Assembly (NCBI RefSeq): GCF_902713615.1
Contig: NW_024056036.1
Location: forward strand, 372,001 to 436,000
Source: Scyliorhinus canicula
Lineage: Eukaryota
Direction of reading: 5' to 3'
DNA: 64,000 nucleotides
This document shows positions 1 to 11,636 of this stretch, piece by piece; position 1 is the stretch's first letter; every line of letters starts with the position of its first letter. The notes under the pieces are model-generated. The model saw nothing but the letters and a program-made list of their open reading frames with translations, had not been told where the DNA came from and ran no database searches. Both the position numbers and the translations under genes were made by a program.

Positions 1-3000
1 CGAGAGCGAGTGGTGGCCAAACGTGGGTGCCTGGCAAGGGAGCAGTAAGACTCAGGAGAAAGAGAAGAGAGCTGGAGGAAAGCGTCAGGGTCGGGGGCTG
101 GGAGAATTGTAAAGAGGACGTGGGAAAATATAGAGGGAGAGGAAAAATGACAAAGAGCCATGGAATCGCACAGAGAACCCTGGAAAAAGCAGAGAGCTGG
201 GGAAAACTGCGGGGAGCCAGGGTAAAGGTAGAGAGCTGGGGGAAAGCACAGGGAGCCTGGGAAAGGGCAGAGAGCTGGGGGAAAGCACAGGGAGACTGGG
301 AAAAGGTAGAGAGCTGGGGAAAAGCACAGGGAGCCTGGGAAAAGGTAGAAAATTGGGGAAAAGCACAGGAAGCCTGGGAAATGACAGAGAGCTGGGGAAA
401 AGCACAGGGATCCTGGGGAAAGGTAGAGAGCTGGGGGGAAGTGCGGGGAGCCTGGGAAACGTTAGAGAGCTGGGGAAAAGCACAGGGAGCCTGGGAAAAG
501 GTTGAGAGTTGGGGAAAAGCACAGGGAGACTGGGAAAAGGTTGAGAGTTGGGGAAAAGCACAGGGAGCATGGGAAATGTTTGAGAACTGAAGGAAAGCAA
601 AAGGAGTCCGGAAAAGGCAGGAAGCGGGGGTGGGAAATTACAGGGATCCTGGGAAATGTTAGAGAGGTGGGGGAAAGCACAGTGTCTGGGAAAAGGTAGA
701 GAGCTGGGGAAAAGCACAGGAAGACTGGGAAAGGGCAGAGAGTTGGGGGAAAGCACAGGGATCCTGGGAAACGTTAGAGAGCTGGGGGAAAGCACAGTGC
801 CTGGGAAAAGGTAGAGAGCTGGGGAAAACTGCGGGGAGCCAGGGGAAAGGTAGAGAGCTTGGGGAAAGCACAGGGAGCCTGGGAAAGGGCAGAGACCTGG
901 GGAAAAGCACAGGGAGACTGGGAAAAGGCAGAGAGCCGAGGAAAGTGCGGGGGCCTAGGAAAAGGTAGAGAGCTGGGGAAAAGCACATGGAGACTGGGAA
1001 AAGGCAGAGAGCCGGGGGAAAGCACAGGGAGGCTGGGAAAAGGCAGGAAGCCGGGGAGAAAGCATAGGTAGGCTGGGAAAAGGCAGAGAGCCGGGGGAAA
1101 ACACCAGGAGCCTGGGAAATGGCAGAGAGCTGGGGAATAGGACAGAGAGCCTGGGAAAAGTTTGAGAGTTGGATGAAAGCAAAAGAATTCCGGAAAAGGC
1201 AGGAAGCGGGGCGAAAGCACAGAGCGCCTGGGAAAAGGTAGTGAGCTTGGGGAAAAGCGCTGGGAGCCTGGGAAACGGTAGTGAACTTGGGAAAAGTGCA
1301 GGAAGCCGTGGAAAAGGTAGACAGCTTGGGGAAAGCACAGGGAGCCTGGGAAAAGGTAGAAAATTGGGGAAAAGCACAAGAAGCGTGGGAAAAGGTAGAG
1401 AGCTGGGGAAAGGCACAAGGATCCTGGGAAAAGGCAGAGAGCCGGGGGAAAGCACAGGGAGACTGGGAAAAGGTAGAGAAGTGGGGAAAAGTGCAGGGAG
1501 CCTGGGAAAAGGTAGCGAGCTTGGGGAAAAGCGCAGGGAGCCTGGGAATGGTAGAGAAGTGGGGAAAAGTGCAGGGAGCCTGGGAAACGGTAGAGATGGG
1601 GAAGGGGGTGGGGGGCGGGACGGGGAAGCGCAGGGAGCCTGGGAAAAGGTAGGGAGCTGGGAAAAGGCACAAGGATCCTGGGAAAAGGAAGAGAGTTGGG
1701 GGAAAGCACAGGGAGCCTGGGAAAAGGCAGAGAGCCGGGGGAAAGCACAGGGAGACTGTGAAAGGGAAGAGAGCTGGGGGAAAGCATAGGGAGACTGGGG
1801 AAAGGTAGAGAAGTGGGGAAAAGCACAGGGAGCCTGGGCAAAGGCCGAGAGCTGGGGAAAAGTGCAGGGAGCCTGGGAAAAGGTAGAGACGGTTGGGGGG
1901 GGGGGGGGGGGGGAGCGCAGGGAGCCTGGGAAAGAACAGAGAGTTGGGGGAAAGCACAGGAAGCTTGGGAAAAGGTAGAGAGCTGGGGAAAGGCACAAGG
2001 ATCCTGGGAAAAGGAAGAGAGTTGGGGGAAAGCACAGGGAGCCTGGGAAAAGGCAGAGAGCCGGGGGAAAGCACAGGGAGACTGGGAAAAGGCAGAGAGC
2101 CGGGGGAAAGCATAGGGAGACTGGGAAAAGGTAGAGAAGTGGGGAAAAGCACAGGGAGCCTGGGCAAAGGCCGAGAGCTGGGGAAAAGTGCAGGGAGCCT
2201 GGGAAAAGGTAGAGACGGTTGGGGGGGGGGGGGGGGAGAGCGCAGGGAGCCTGGGAAAGAATAGAGAGTTGGGGGAAAACACAGGAAGCTTGGGAAAATG
2301 TAGAGAGCTGGGTGGAAGCGCCGGGAGCCTGGGAAAAGGTAGAGAGCTGGGGGAAATCACCGGGAGCCTGGGAAAAGGTAGAGAGCTGTGGAATAGGACA
2401 GAGAGCCTGGGAAAAGTTCGAGAGCTGGGGAATAGGACAGGGAGCCTGTGAAAAGTTTGAGAGTTGGAAGAAAGCAAAATATGTCCGGAAAAGGCAGGAA
2501 GCGGGGCGGCAGCACAGGGAGCCTGGGAAAAGGTAGAGGGGGGGGGGGGGGGGAGCGCAGGGAGCCTGGGAAAGAATAGAGAGATGGGGGAAAGCACAGG
2601 GAGCCTGGGAAAAGGTAGAGAACTGGGGAAAAGTGCGGGGAGCCTGGGAAAAGGTAGAGAGTTGGGGAAAAGTACATGGATCCTGGGAAAAGGTAGTCAG
2701 CTGGGGGAAATCACAGGGAGACTGGGAAAAGGTAGAGAGCTGGGGAAAAGCACAGGGAGCCTGGGAAAAGGTAGAGAGTTGGGGAAAAGCGCAGGGAGAC
2801 TGGGAAAAGGCAGAGAGCCGGGGGAAAGCATAGGGAGACTGGGAAAAGGCAGAGAGTTGGGGAAAAGCACAGGGAGACTGGGAAAAGGTAGAGACGGGGG
2901 GGGGGGGCGGGGGGGAAGCGCAGGGAGCCTGGGAAATAATAGAGAGCTGGGGAAAAGTGCACGGAGCCTGGGAAACGGTGGAGACGGGGAAGGGGGTGGG

Positions 3001-6000
3001 GGGCGGGAGGGGAAAGCGCAGGGAGCCTGGGAAAGAATAGAGAGTTGGGGGAAAGCACAGGAAGCTTGGGAAAAGGTAGGGAGCTGGGGAAAGGCACAAG
3101 GATCCTGGGAAAAGGAAGAGAGTTGGGGGAAAGCACAGGGAGCCTGGGAAAAGGCAGAGAGCCAGGGGAAAGCACAGGGAGACTTTGAAAAGGCAGAGAG
3201 CCGGGGGAAAGCATAGGGAGACTGGGAAAAGGTAGAGAAGTGGGGAAAAGCACAGGGAGCCTGGGCAAAGGCCGAGAGCTGGGGAAAAGTGCAGGGAGCC
3301 TGGGAAAAGGTAGAGACGGTGTGTGGGGGGGGGGGGGGGGGGGGGAGCGCAGAGAGCCTGGGAAAGAATAGAGAGTTGGGGGAAAACACAGGAAGCTTGG
3401 GAAAATGTAGAGAGCTGGGTGGAAGCACCGGGAGCCTGGGAAAAGGTAGAGAGCTGGGGGAAATCACCGGGAGCCTGGGAAAAGGTAGAGAGCTGTGGAA
3501 TAGGACAGAGAGCCTGGGAAAAGTTCGAGAGCTGGGGAATAGGACAGGGAGCCTGGGAAAAGTTTGAGAGCTGGAAGAAAGCAAAAGATGTCCGGAAAAG
3601 GCAGGGAGCGAGGCGGCAGCACAGGGAGCCTGGGAAAAGGAAGAGGGGGGGGGGGGGCAGCGGGGGAGCCTGGGAAAGAATAGAGAGATGGGGGAAAGCA
3701 CAGGAAGCTTGGGAAAAGGTAGAGAGCTGGGGGAAAGCACATGGATCCTGGGAAAAGGTAGTGAGCTGGGCGAAATCACAGGGAGACTGGGAAAAGGTAG
3801 AGAGCTGGGGAAAAGCACAGGGAGCCTGGGAAAAGGTAGAGAGTTGGGGAAAAGCGCAGGGAGACTGGGAAAAGGCAGAGACGGGGGGGGGGGGGGAAGC
3901 GCAGGGAGCCTGGGAAAGAATAGAGAGCTGGGGAAAAGCACAGGGAGACTGGGAAAAGGTAGTGAGCTGGGGTAAATCACAGGGAGCCTGGGAAAAGGTA
4001 GTGAGCTGGGGGGAATCACAGGGAGACTGGGAAAAGGTGGAGAGCTGGGGGAAATCCCAGGGAGACTGGGAAAAGTTTGAGAGCTGGAAGAATGCAAAAG
4101 ATGTCCGGAAAAGGCAGGAAGCGGGGCGGCAGCACAGGGAGCCTGGGAAAAGGTAGAGAGGGGGGGGGGGGGGGGAGCACAGGGAGCCTGGGAAAGAATA
4201 GAGAGATGGGGAAAGCACAGGAAGCTTGGGAAAAGGTAGAGAGCTGGGGAAAGGCACAAGGATCCTGGGAAAAGGCAGAGAGCCGGGGGAAAGCACAGGG
4301 AGACTGGGAAAAGGTAGAGAAGTGGGGAAAAGTGCAGGGAGCCTGGGAAAATGTAGCGAGCTTGGGGAAAAGTGCAGGGAGCCTGGGAAAGGTAGAGAAG
4401 TGGGGAAAAGTGCAGGGAGCCTGGGAAACGGTAGAGACAGGGAAGGGGGTGGGGGCGGGACGGGGAAGCGCAGGGAGCCTGGGAAAAGGTAGGGAGCTGG
4501 GGAAAGGCACAAGGATCCTGGGAAAAGGAAGAGAGCTGGGGGAAAGCATAGGGATACTGGGGAAAGGTAGAGAAGTGGGGAAAGGCACATGGAGCCTGGG
4601 CAAAGGCCGAGAGCTGGGGAAAAGTGCAGGGAGCCTGGGAAAAGGTAGAGACGGTGTGGGGGGGGGGGGGGGGAGGGGCGGGGGGAGCGCAGGGAGCCTG
4701 GGAAAGAATAGAGAGTTGGGGGAAAACACAGGAAGCTTGGGAAAATGTAGAGAGCTGGGTGGAAGCACCGGGAGCCTGGGAAAAGGTAGAGAGCTGGGGG
4801 AAATCACCGGGAGCCTGGGAAAAGGTAGAGAGCTGTCGAATAGGACAGAGAGCCTGGGAAAAGTTCGAGAGCTGGGGAATAGGACAGGGAGCCTGGGAAA
4901 CGTTTGAGAGCTGGAAGAAAGCAAAAGATGTCCGGAAAAGGCAGGAAGCGGGGCGGCAGCACAGGGAGCCTGGGAAAAGGAAGGGGGGGGGAGGAGCGCA
5001 GGGAGCCTGGGAAAGAATAGAGAGATGGGGGAAAGCACAGCAAGCTTGGGAAAAGGTAGAGAGCTGGGGGAAAGCACAGGGAGCCTGGGAAAGGGTAGAG
5101 AGTTGGGGAAAAGCGCAGGGAGACTGGGAAAAGGCAGAGAACCGGGGGAAAGCATAGGGAGACTGGGAAAAGGCAGAGAGTTGGGGAAAAGCGCAGGGAG
5201 ACTGGGAAAAGGTAGAGACGGGGGGGGGGGGGGGAAGCGCAGGGAGCCTGGGAAAGAATAGAGAGCTGGGGAAAAGCACAGGGAGCCTGGGAAAAGGTAG
5301 TGAGCTGGGGGAAATCACAGGGAGCCTGGGAAAAGGTAGTGAGCTGGGGAAATCACAGGGAGCCTGGGAAAAGGTAGTGAGCTGGGGGAAATCACAGGGA
5401 GACTGGGAAAAGGTAGTGAGCTGGGGGAAATCACAGGGAGCCTGGGAAAAGGTGGAGAGCTGGGGGAAATCACAGGGAGACTGGGAAAAGTTTGAGAGCT
5501 GGAAGAATGCAAAAGATGTCCGGAAAAGGCAGGAAGCGGGGCGGCAGCACAGGGAGCCTGGGAAAAGGTAGAGGGGGGGGGGGGCGCAGGGAGCCTGGGA
5601 AAGAATAGAGAGATGGGGGAAAGCACAGGAAGCTTGGAAATAGGTAGTGAGCTGGGGGAAAGCACATGGATCCTGGGAAAAGGTAGTGAGCTGGGGGAAA
5701 TCTCAGGGAGACTGGGAAAATGTAGAGAGCTGGGGAAAAGCACAGGGAGCCTGGGAAACGGTAGAAAGTTGGGGAAAAGCGCAGGGACACTGGGAAAAGG
5801 CAGAGAGCCGGGGGAAAGCATAGGGAGACTGGGAAAAGGCAGAGAGTTGGGGAAAAGTGCAGGGAGACTGGAAAAAGGTAGAGAAGTGGTGAAAAGTGCA
5901 GGAAGCCTGGGAAAAGGTAGAGACGGGGAGGGGGGGGGGGGAGCGCAGGGAGCCTGGGAAAGAATAGAGAGCTGGGGAAAAGCACAGGGAGCCTGGGAAA

Positions 6001-7120
6001 AGGTAGTGAGCTGGGGGAAATCACAGGGAGCCTGGGAAAAGGTAGTGAGCTGGGGGAAATCACAGGGAGACTGGGAAAAGGTGGAGAGCTGGGGGAAATC
6101 ACAGGGAGACTGGGGAAAGGTGGGGAGCTGGGGGAAAGCACAGGGAGACTGAGAAAAGGTGGAAAGCACAGGGAGACTGGGAAAAGGTGGAGAGCTGGGG
6201 GAAAGCACAGGGAGCCTGGGAAAAGGTGGAGAGCTGGGGAAAAGCACAGGGAGACTGGGAAAAGGTAGAGAACTGGGGAATAGCTCAGCGAACCTGGGAA
6301 AAGGCAGAGAGCTGGGGGAAATTTCGGGGAGTATTAGAAACGGTAGAGATCTGGGGGACGCACAGCGAACCTGGGAAAAGGCAGAGAGCTGGGGAAAAGC
6401 ACAGGGAGCCTGGGAAAAGGTAGAGAGCTGGGGAAAGTGCAGAGAGCCTGGGAAAAGGTAGAGAGTTGGGGAAAGCACAGGGAGCCTGGGAAAAGGTAGA
6501 GAGCTGGGGAAAGGTGTGGGGAGCCTGGGAAAAGGCAGAGAGCTGGGGGGAAGTACAGGGAGCCTGGGAAAAGGTAGAGAGTTGGGGAAAGCACAGGGAG
6601 CCTGGGAATTGGTAGAGAGCTGGGGAAAAGTGTGGGGAGCCTGGGAAAAGGCAGAGAGCTGGGGGGGGGGGAAGTACAAGGAGCCTGGGAAAAGGTAGAG
6701 AGCTGGGGAAATCACAGGGAGCCTCGGAAACGGCAGCGAGCTGGGTAGGGGAGGTGGGGGTCGGGGGGAGGGGGGGGGGTCGGGAACACATGGAGCCTGG
6801 GAAATGGTATAAAGCTGGGTTAAAGTATAGGGAGCCTGGGAAAGACGAGAGCTGAGTAGTGAGCAGGTGAGATGACCAGAGAGCTGAGAGCAGACCGGGG
6901 AGAGAAGCTGCAGGAACAAGGGGAAAAGTGATCATTGCTGGGGCAAAAGCCAATAATCAGGGGGCAAAGTGCCATGTTCTGGGGAAAAGCACAAAGAGCA
7001 AGTGGAAAGTTCCAGAAGCTGAGGCAAAGAGCAAACAACCTGGAAAGGTGCAGCTGGGCAAATTATAGAAGTGGAGGAAAGATCAGAGAGCTGGGAAAAG
7101 GACAGGAAGCTGATTATCGC
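1..7120 (+). repeat. G-rich 39-bp tandem array (switch-region-like) in the presumed JH-Cmu intron
   Basis: Consensus GAGAGCTGGGGGAAAGCACAGGGAGCCTGGGAAAAGGTA (18 G, 13 A, 5 C, 3 T). The core is ~130-6740, with degenerate edges at ~1-130 and ~6740-7120 and periodic poly-G interruptions. The 13-aa repeats in the ORF track confirm the 39-nt period. Confidence is for the repeat, not for switch function. Confidence 0.97.
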
Positions 7121-7791
7121 GGATACATGGAATGCGGAGTTCATCCCACCATCTGCTCCGCCATAATCATATTGAATGGTGCAGGAGACCTGAGGGACCG
7201 AATGGCCGCATCCCGCTTTTAATGTCCAGGGTCCTGTAATTGGAGAATTTTGGAGTTACTTGCACATGTGCTCAAATGTAGAATGTTATCGTCATTATGT
7301 AAGTACCTGGATGATTTTTCTGAAGCAAAGTCACGACTCCTTGTTTTGGGGAGTGGGGGTAGTGAGGTGGAGAGAGGAGGGACATCAGTCAGTTTGAACA
7401 CAGGCAATTTCCAAAATAGCAATGACAGAAATGGAGAGACAACTTCTTTATCACAAAGTGCAGTTGTTGGAAAAAAACATTGGTGGCATAAATAATTGGG
7501 AAAACCCTCCGCTCTGCTCATTGAAAGTAATGAATGGTACGTTTTCAGATGACATCAAAATGCTACATTTCTGCAAGGTGTTAGAAATGGAGAAAGAGGT
7601 GTGAGTTTCTACAGAAGGAATAAACAAATAGTGATTCTCAAATGTTAGAAGTAACAGAAGCTCAAGTATTGATGCAGTTTTAATGCGAACATGTGAGGAT
7701 AAATTTGTAACTGTATCCAAATTCTAAGTTGTATGATATCTTAATGACAAGTCCCAGAGTCTAACTTGTTCAATTGGCCATTCTCTCCCAG

Positions 7792-8091
7792 CGACACCGT
7801 CTCCGCCCACTCTCTACAGCCTGGTCTCCTCCTGTCAGAAACACAACACTGACGGCTCTGTGACCTTCGGCTGTTTGGCGATGGACTACTCCCCAGAAAT
7901 CACCAGCCTTACCTGGAAGAAAGATGGGCAGCAGATCACCACTGGAGTTAAGAAATACCCGTCAGTGAGAAACAAGAAGGGAACCTACACTCTGAGCAGC
8001 CAGTTAATCATCACCGAGTCAGAGGGGGCATGCAGCAAAATCAGCTGTGAGGTTCGACACAGCGGCTCAGACAAGAGCATTGGAATGACAT
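7792..8091 (+). CDS. IGHM: IgM heavy chain constant exon CH1
   Basis: Acceptor ctctcccag| at 7791, donor |gtaagt at 8092; 300 nt, phase 1-1. Reads [16 protein letters not shown]...[21 protein letters not shown]...[17 protein letters not shown]...ISCEVRH: C1-set C-W-C pattern, closely resembling horn/nurse shark mu CH1. Confidence 0.96.
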
Positions 8092-8291
8092 GTAAGTGCT
8101 GTGGAAACTGTGAGAAACAGACACTTTGATTACTTTATTTAAATCTTTGGTCATAACACATTGATGGTTCTCTGCACAGTTCTGATTCCTGAGAGAAATA
8201 GTGACCACAGAGAAACTGTTCAAAATATAATTAGTCATTTTATTCCTTACAACATCTTCTTCAAGAAATGTCTAACTTGTGTTTCTTGAAG

Positions 8292-8603
8292 GTCCTCTAC
8301 CTGACATCCATCCAAATGTTCTCCTCACCGTCAGTTCTAATGAAGAAATCACAAGACAGAAATTTGCAACCATGGTCTGTTCAATCAACGATTTCAGTCC
8401 AAAGTCAATGACGGTGAAGTGGCTGAAGAATGGACAAGCCATGGGTTCAGGAATTGTCACCTCTCCCGCCTGTGAAGTGAACGGGAACTTCTCGGCGAGC
8501 AGTCGACTAACAGTCTCTGCTGGGGAATGGTTCAGCAAAGCGGTCTATACCTGCCAGGTCACTCATCAAGAGGTCATCCAAAGTCTCAACATCACCGCAT
8601 CTG
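8292..8603 (+). CDS. IGHM: IgM heavy chain constant exon CH2
   Basis: Acceptor ttcttgaag| at 8291, donor |gtaag at 8604; 312 nt, phase 1-1. Reads [12 protein letters not shown]...[21 protein letters not shown]...YTCQVTHQ; sequons NFS and NIT. Confidence 0.96.
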
Positions 8604-9241
8604 GTAAGAGACACAAACAGAGGAAACAGTAAATCATCCTGCACTCTGATGTTAATCCAAATCAGGAATGTACTGAAGTTAGTGCAAAGCGCAGAATAAC
8701 TTCTAATTTACTGCCATGTAGTTTGTGTTCCATTCTGATGGAAGAGCTGCATTTGGATTGATCACCATTCAGGATTTGATCAGTATAGAAATAAATGTTT
8801 CCCTCTCACCTGAAGTAATTTAGGGAGTGAGGTGGATTTGATATCAGCTTTATCCCGAGACAGCTGATTAAATTGCTGAGGCAATGGCTGTCTGGAACCC
8901 TTTACTGAAGCCAGCTCGGGACGAAGATTTTGGAAAGTTCATTCAAGATATTTATCAAGCAGCCTTCCATATTAGGGTTCTGAGATCAGGACTGGAATAT
9001 TTGTATTGGGAATGCTGTAATATTGATTCATTAGAATGGTTTCGAGGCTAACTGTATTTCACAATGAGAATAGTTTTCACAAACCAAACTGGTTTTCCGT
9101 TGTGTATAGAAGATTAAAGGCGATCATTAGAGGTTGTTATTTCGAAGTTGATTTATTCCCATTGAGTGAGTGAACGCTGAATCCTGCTGTCCTGATTCTG
9201 AAGATGAAACTTGGGTTGATTTCCACTTTTTTCATTCACAG

Positions 9242-9550
9242 ATCCTTCCGTTTGCACTGATGCCTCAGTAACAATACTGCCACCGCCAATAGAACAGGTC
9301 TTACTGGAGGCCACTGTAACCTTAACCTGTGTCATTTCGAATGCTCCTTATGGAGTCAACGTGTCCTGGAGTGAAGCGAAGAAGCCGCTGAAATCAGAGA
9401 TTGCCGACCAGCGTGGGGCAGATACTGAGAGCGTGGTCAGCAAATTAAACATCTCCACACAAGCCTGGCTGAGTGGGGCTGTGTTTGACTGTGTGGCGAG
9501 CCATCAGGACCTGCCAACTCCTTTAAGAATTTCAACTCACAAAAAAATAG
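9242..9550 (+). CDS. IGHM: IgM heavy chain constant exon CH3
   Basis: Acceptor ttcattcacag| at 9241, donor |gtgag at 9551; 309 nt. Reads [43 protein letters not shown]...[22 protein letters not shown]. The ORF track shows only its 3' part. Confidence 0.95.
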
Positions 9551-9763
9551 GTGAGCGGTGAGACTGAAGCAATAAGTGAGTCATTGTGTCTATTTCTAGT
9601 GTCAGTGCAGCGGTAAGTATTTAGTATTCAGTGTATTTATGGTCCATTCTGATTGGCAATTCCACTAACTGAATACTCTGGGCATTTAGAGTTTAAGGGG
9701 GAAATTGATATGCAGATGAATGAACAATGAATTAAACCCAGTGATATTGGGTGTAGATGAAGC

Positions 9764-10735
9764 GAGACCATAGACCACAAGACTTAGGAGCAGATGTAAG
9801 CCATTGGGCCCATCAATACCGGTCCAGCCTTCAGTGAGGTCATGACTGATCTGATGTGATAATCTTCAACTCCTCTTTCCCGCCTTATCACCATATCTCT
9901 TGATGCTTTTACTGATTTAAAATGTGTCCCTCAACCTTGAACGTACTGACCGACCCAGAATCTGAGGTCGCCTTCATTCTTCTAAACTCCAATAAGTACA
10001 GCCCAGCCTACTTAACCTCTCCCCGTAAGAAAATCCCTCCATACTCGGGATCAACCTTGTGATCCTTCTCTGGACTGCCTTCAAAACCAATCTGTCTTCC
10101 TTAGATACGGGCACCAAAACTATTCAAAGTATATCAGGTGTTGTCTAACTAATTCCCCAGTTTTAGCTAGGCTTCCCCATTGTTATATTCTACTCCCTTT
10201 AAAATAAAGATCAGCATTCAATTTGCCTCCATATTACCTGCAGAACTTACTTTTTGTGGTTTCTGCACGAGGGCCCCCAATTCCCCCGTTACTTCAGCTT
10301 TCTTCAGTCTTTCTCCATATAAATAATAATTCTTTATGTTCTTCCTTCTACCAAAGTGTCGAACCTCACATTCTCTGTCCCTCTGTGGATTTCCTGTAAT
10401 CCTCACCACTTGCCTTTTTACCTATTTTTTGTCATCTGCAAACATGGGAATAGTACATTCATTTATCAATCACCGTTTTGAAATTCATGTATATTACATC
10501 TATTGCCCCACCCCCTCCCCCTCTCGCCTTCTCGTCATCACCTCAAATAAGGGCACTAAATTTGTCAGGCATGATTTACCCTTCCCGAAGCCGTGCTGAC
10601 TCTGTTTGATTATATTGAGTATTTCTAAATGCTCAGCTATTGGATCTGTTATAATGGACTCGAACCGTTTTCCACTGACAGATGTTAAGGTCCCTGGCCT
10701 ATAGTTACCTGTGTTTGACTCCCTCCCCTTTTGAA
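9764..10735 (-). mobile_element. CR1/HER1-type LINE relic in the CH3-CH4 intron
   Basis: Begins with the reverse-complement CR1 tail (gagaccatagaccacaagacttaggagcag), followed by decayed RT sequence on the minus strand. Confidence 0.75.
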
Positions 10736-11126
10736 GGGTATAGGGTGGATACGTGGGTTTGAGTCAGGTGATCATGGGTCGGCACAACATCGAGGGCCGA
10801 AGGGCCTGTTCTGTGCTGTACTGTTCTATGTTCTAAGGTGGGAGGAGCCTGGTGTGGAGTTTATACACCAGCACAGAACAGTTGGGCCGAATGGACTGTT
10901 TCCCTGCTGTTCACTTTCTGAAACTTTCGAATCCAATATCCGTAAATTCTCAGGGAAAAGGATTGTGCCCACCTCTGCACCGAGCTGGGAACCCGGACTG
11001 ATCCCAAAGTGGAAAATGGAAACCTTTAAAATCCAACACAAAACACATTTCTCTCACATCTAATCCGCGGTTCCATTGTCTCCGGAATCCCCCATTTTAT
11101 TGACATTTATTGTACATTTTCTGCAG

Positions 11127-11518
11127 ATCCCAATCCGCGGGAACCGTCTGTCTCTGTCCTCCTGCCCTCGGCTGAAGACGTCTCCGCTCAGAGATTTGTC
11201 TCCCTCAGCTGCTTAGTGAGAGGTTTCTCCCCCCGAGAGATCTTCGTCAAGTGGACCGTCAATGACAAGCCGGTGAATCCCGGGAACTACAAGAACACCG
11301 AGGTGATGGCGGAGAACGGCAATAGCTCCTTCTTCATGTACAGCCTGTTATCCATTGCAGCGGAGGAGTGGGCCAGCGGCGCTTCTTACTCCTGTGTGGT
11401 GGGACATGAAGCCATCCCCTTGAAGATCATCAACAGAACGGTTGATAAATCCAGCGGTAAACCCAGTTTTGTGAACATTTCCCTCGCTCTGATGGACACC
11501 GTTAATTCATGTCAATGA
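11127..11518 (+). CDS. IGHM: IgM CH4 exon plus secretory tailpiece
   Basis: Acceptor ttttctgcag| at 11126. Reads [14 protein letters not shown]...[17 protein letters not shown]...[43 protein letters not shown]. The tailpiece has the NIS sequon and penultimate Cys. The internal membrane-form donor G|GTAAAC is at 11456/11457. Confidence 0.97.
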
Positions 11519-11545
11519 GAATCGATTGGTTATATTTCGAACTAA

Positions 11546-11560
11546 AATAAAAATAATAAA
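11546..11560 (+). terminator. Secretory-form poly(A) signals (two AATAAA)
   Basis: AATAAA at 11546-11551 and 11555-11560, about 30-40 nt after the tailpiece stop. Confidence 0.8.
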
Positions 11561-11636
11561 AACGTTTCCTCTAATTGTGATTTAAACATACAGCCGCTTG
11601 ATTAATGGTGTTTCCACTTTACTGATGTTAGATCTG

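Noticed and set aside
27-6953. Very long ORFs on both strands (up to 1211 aa) with 13-aa repeats such as ESWGKAQGAWEKV and FPRLPVLFPSSLP
   Set aside because: They are by-products of a 39-nt (3n) repeat with few T on plus and few A on minus. Frames shift at every poly-G tract, all frames are similarly open, and the region is intronic to IgM.
1-7791. VH, D or JH segments and recombination signal sequences
   Set aside because: No WGxG J motif with a donor and no heptamer-spacer-nonamer pair were found; V(D)J must lie upstream of the window.
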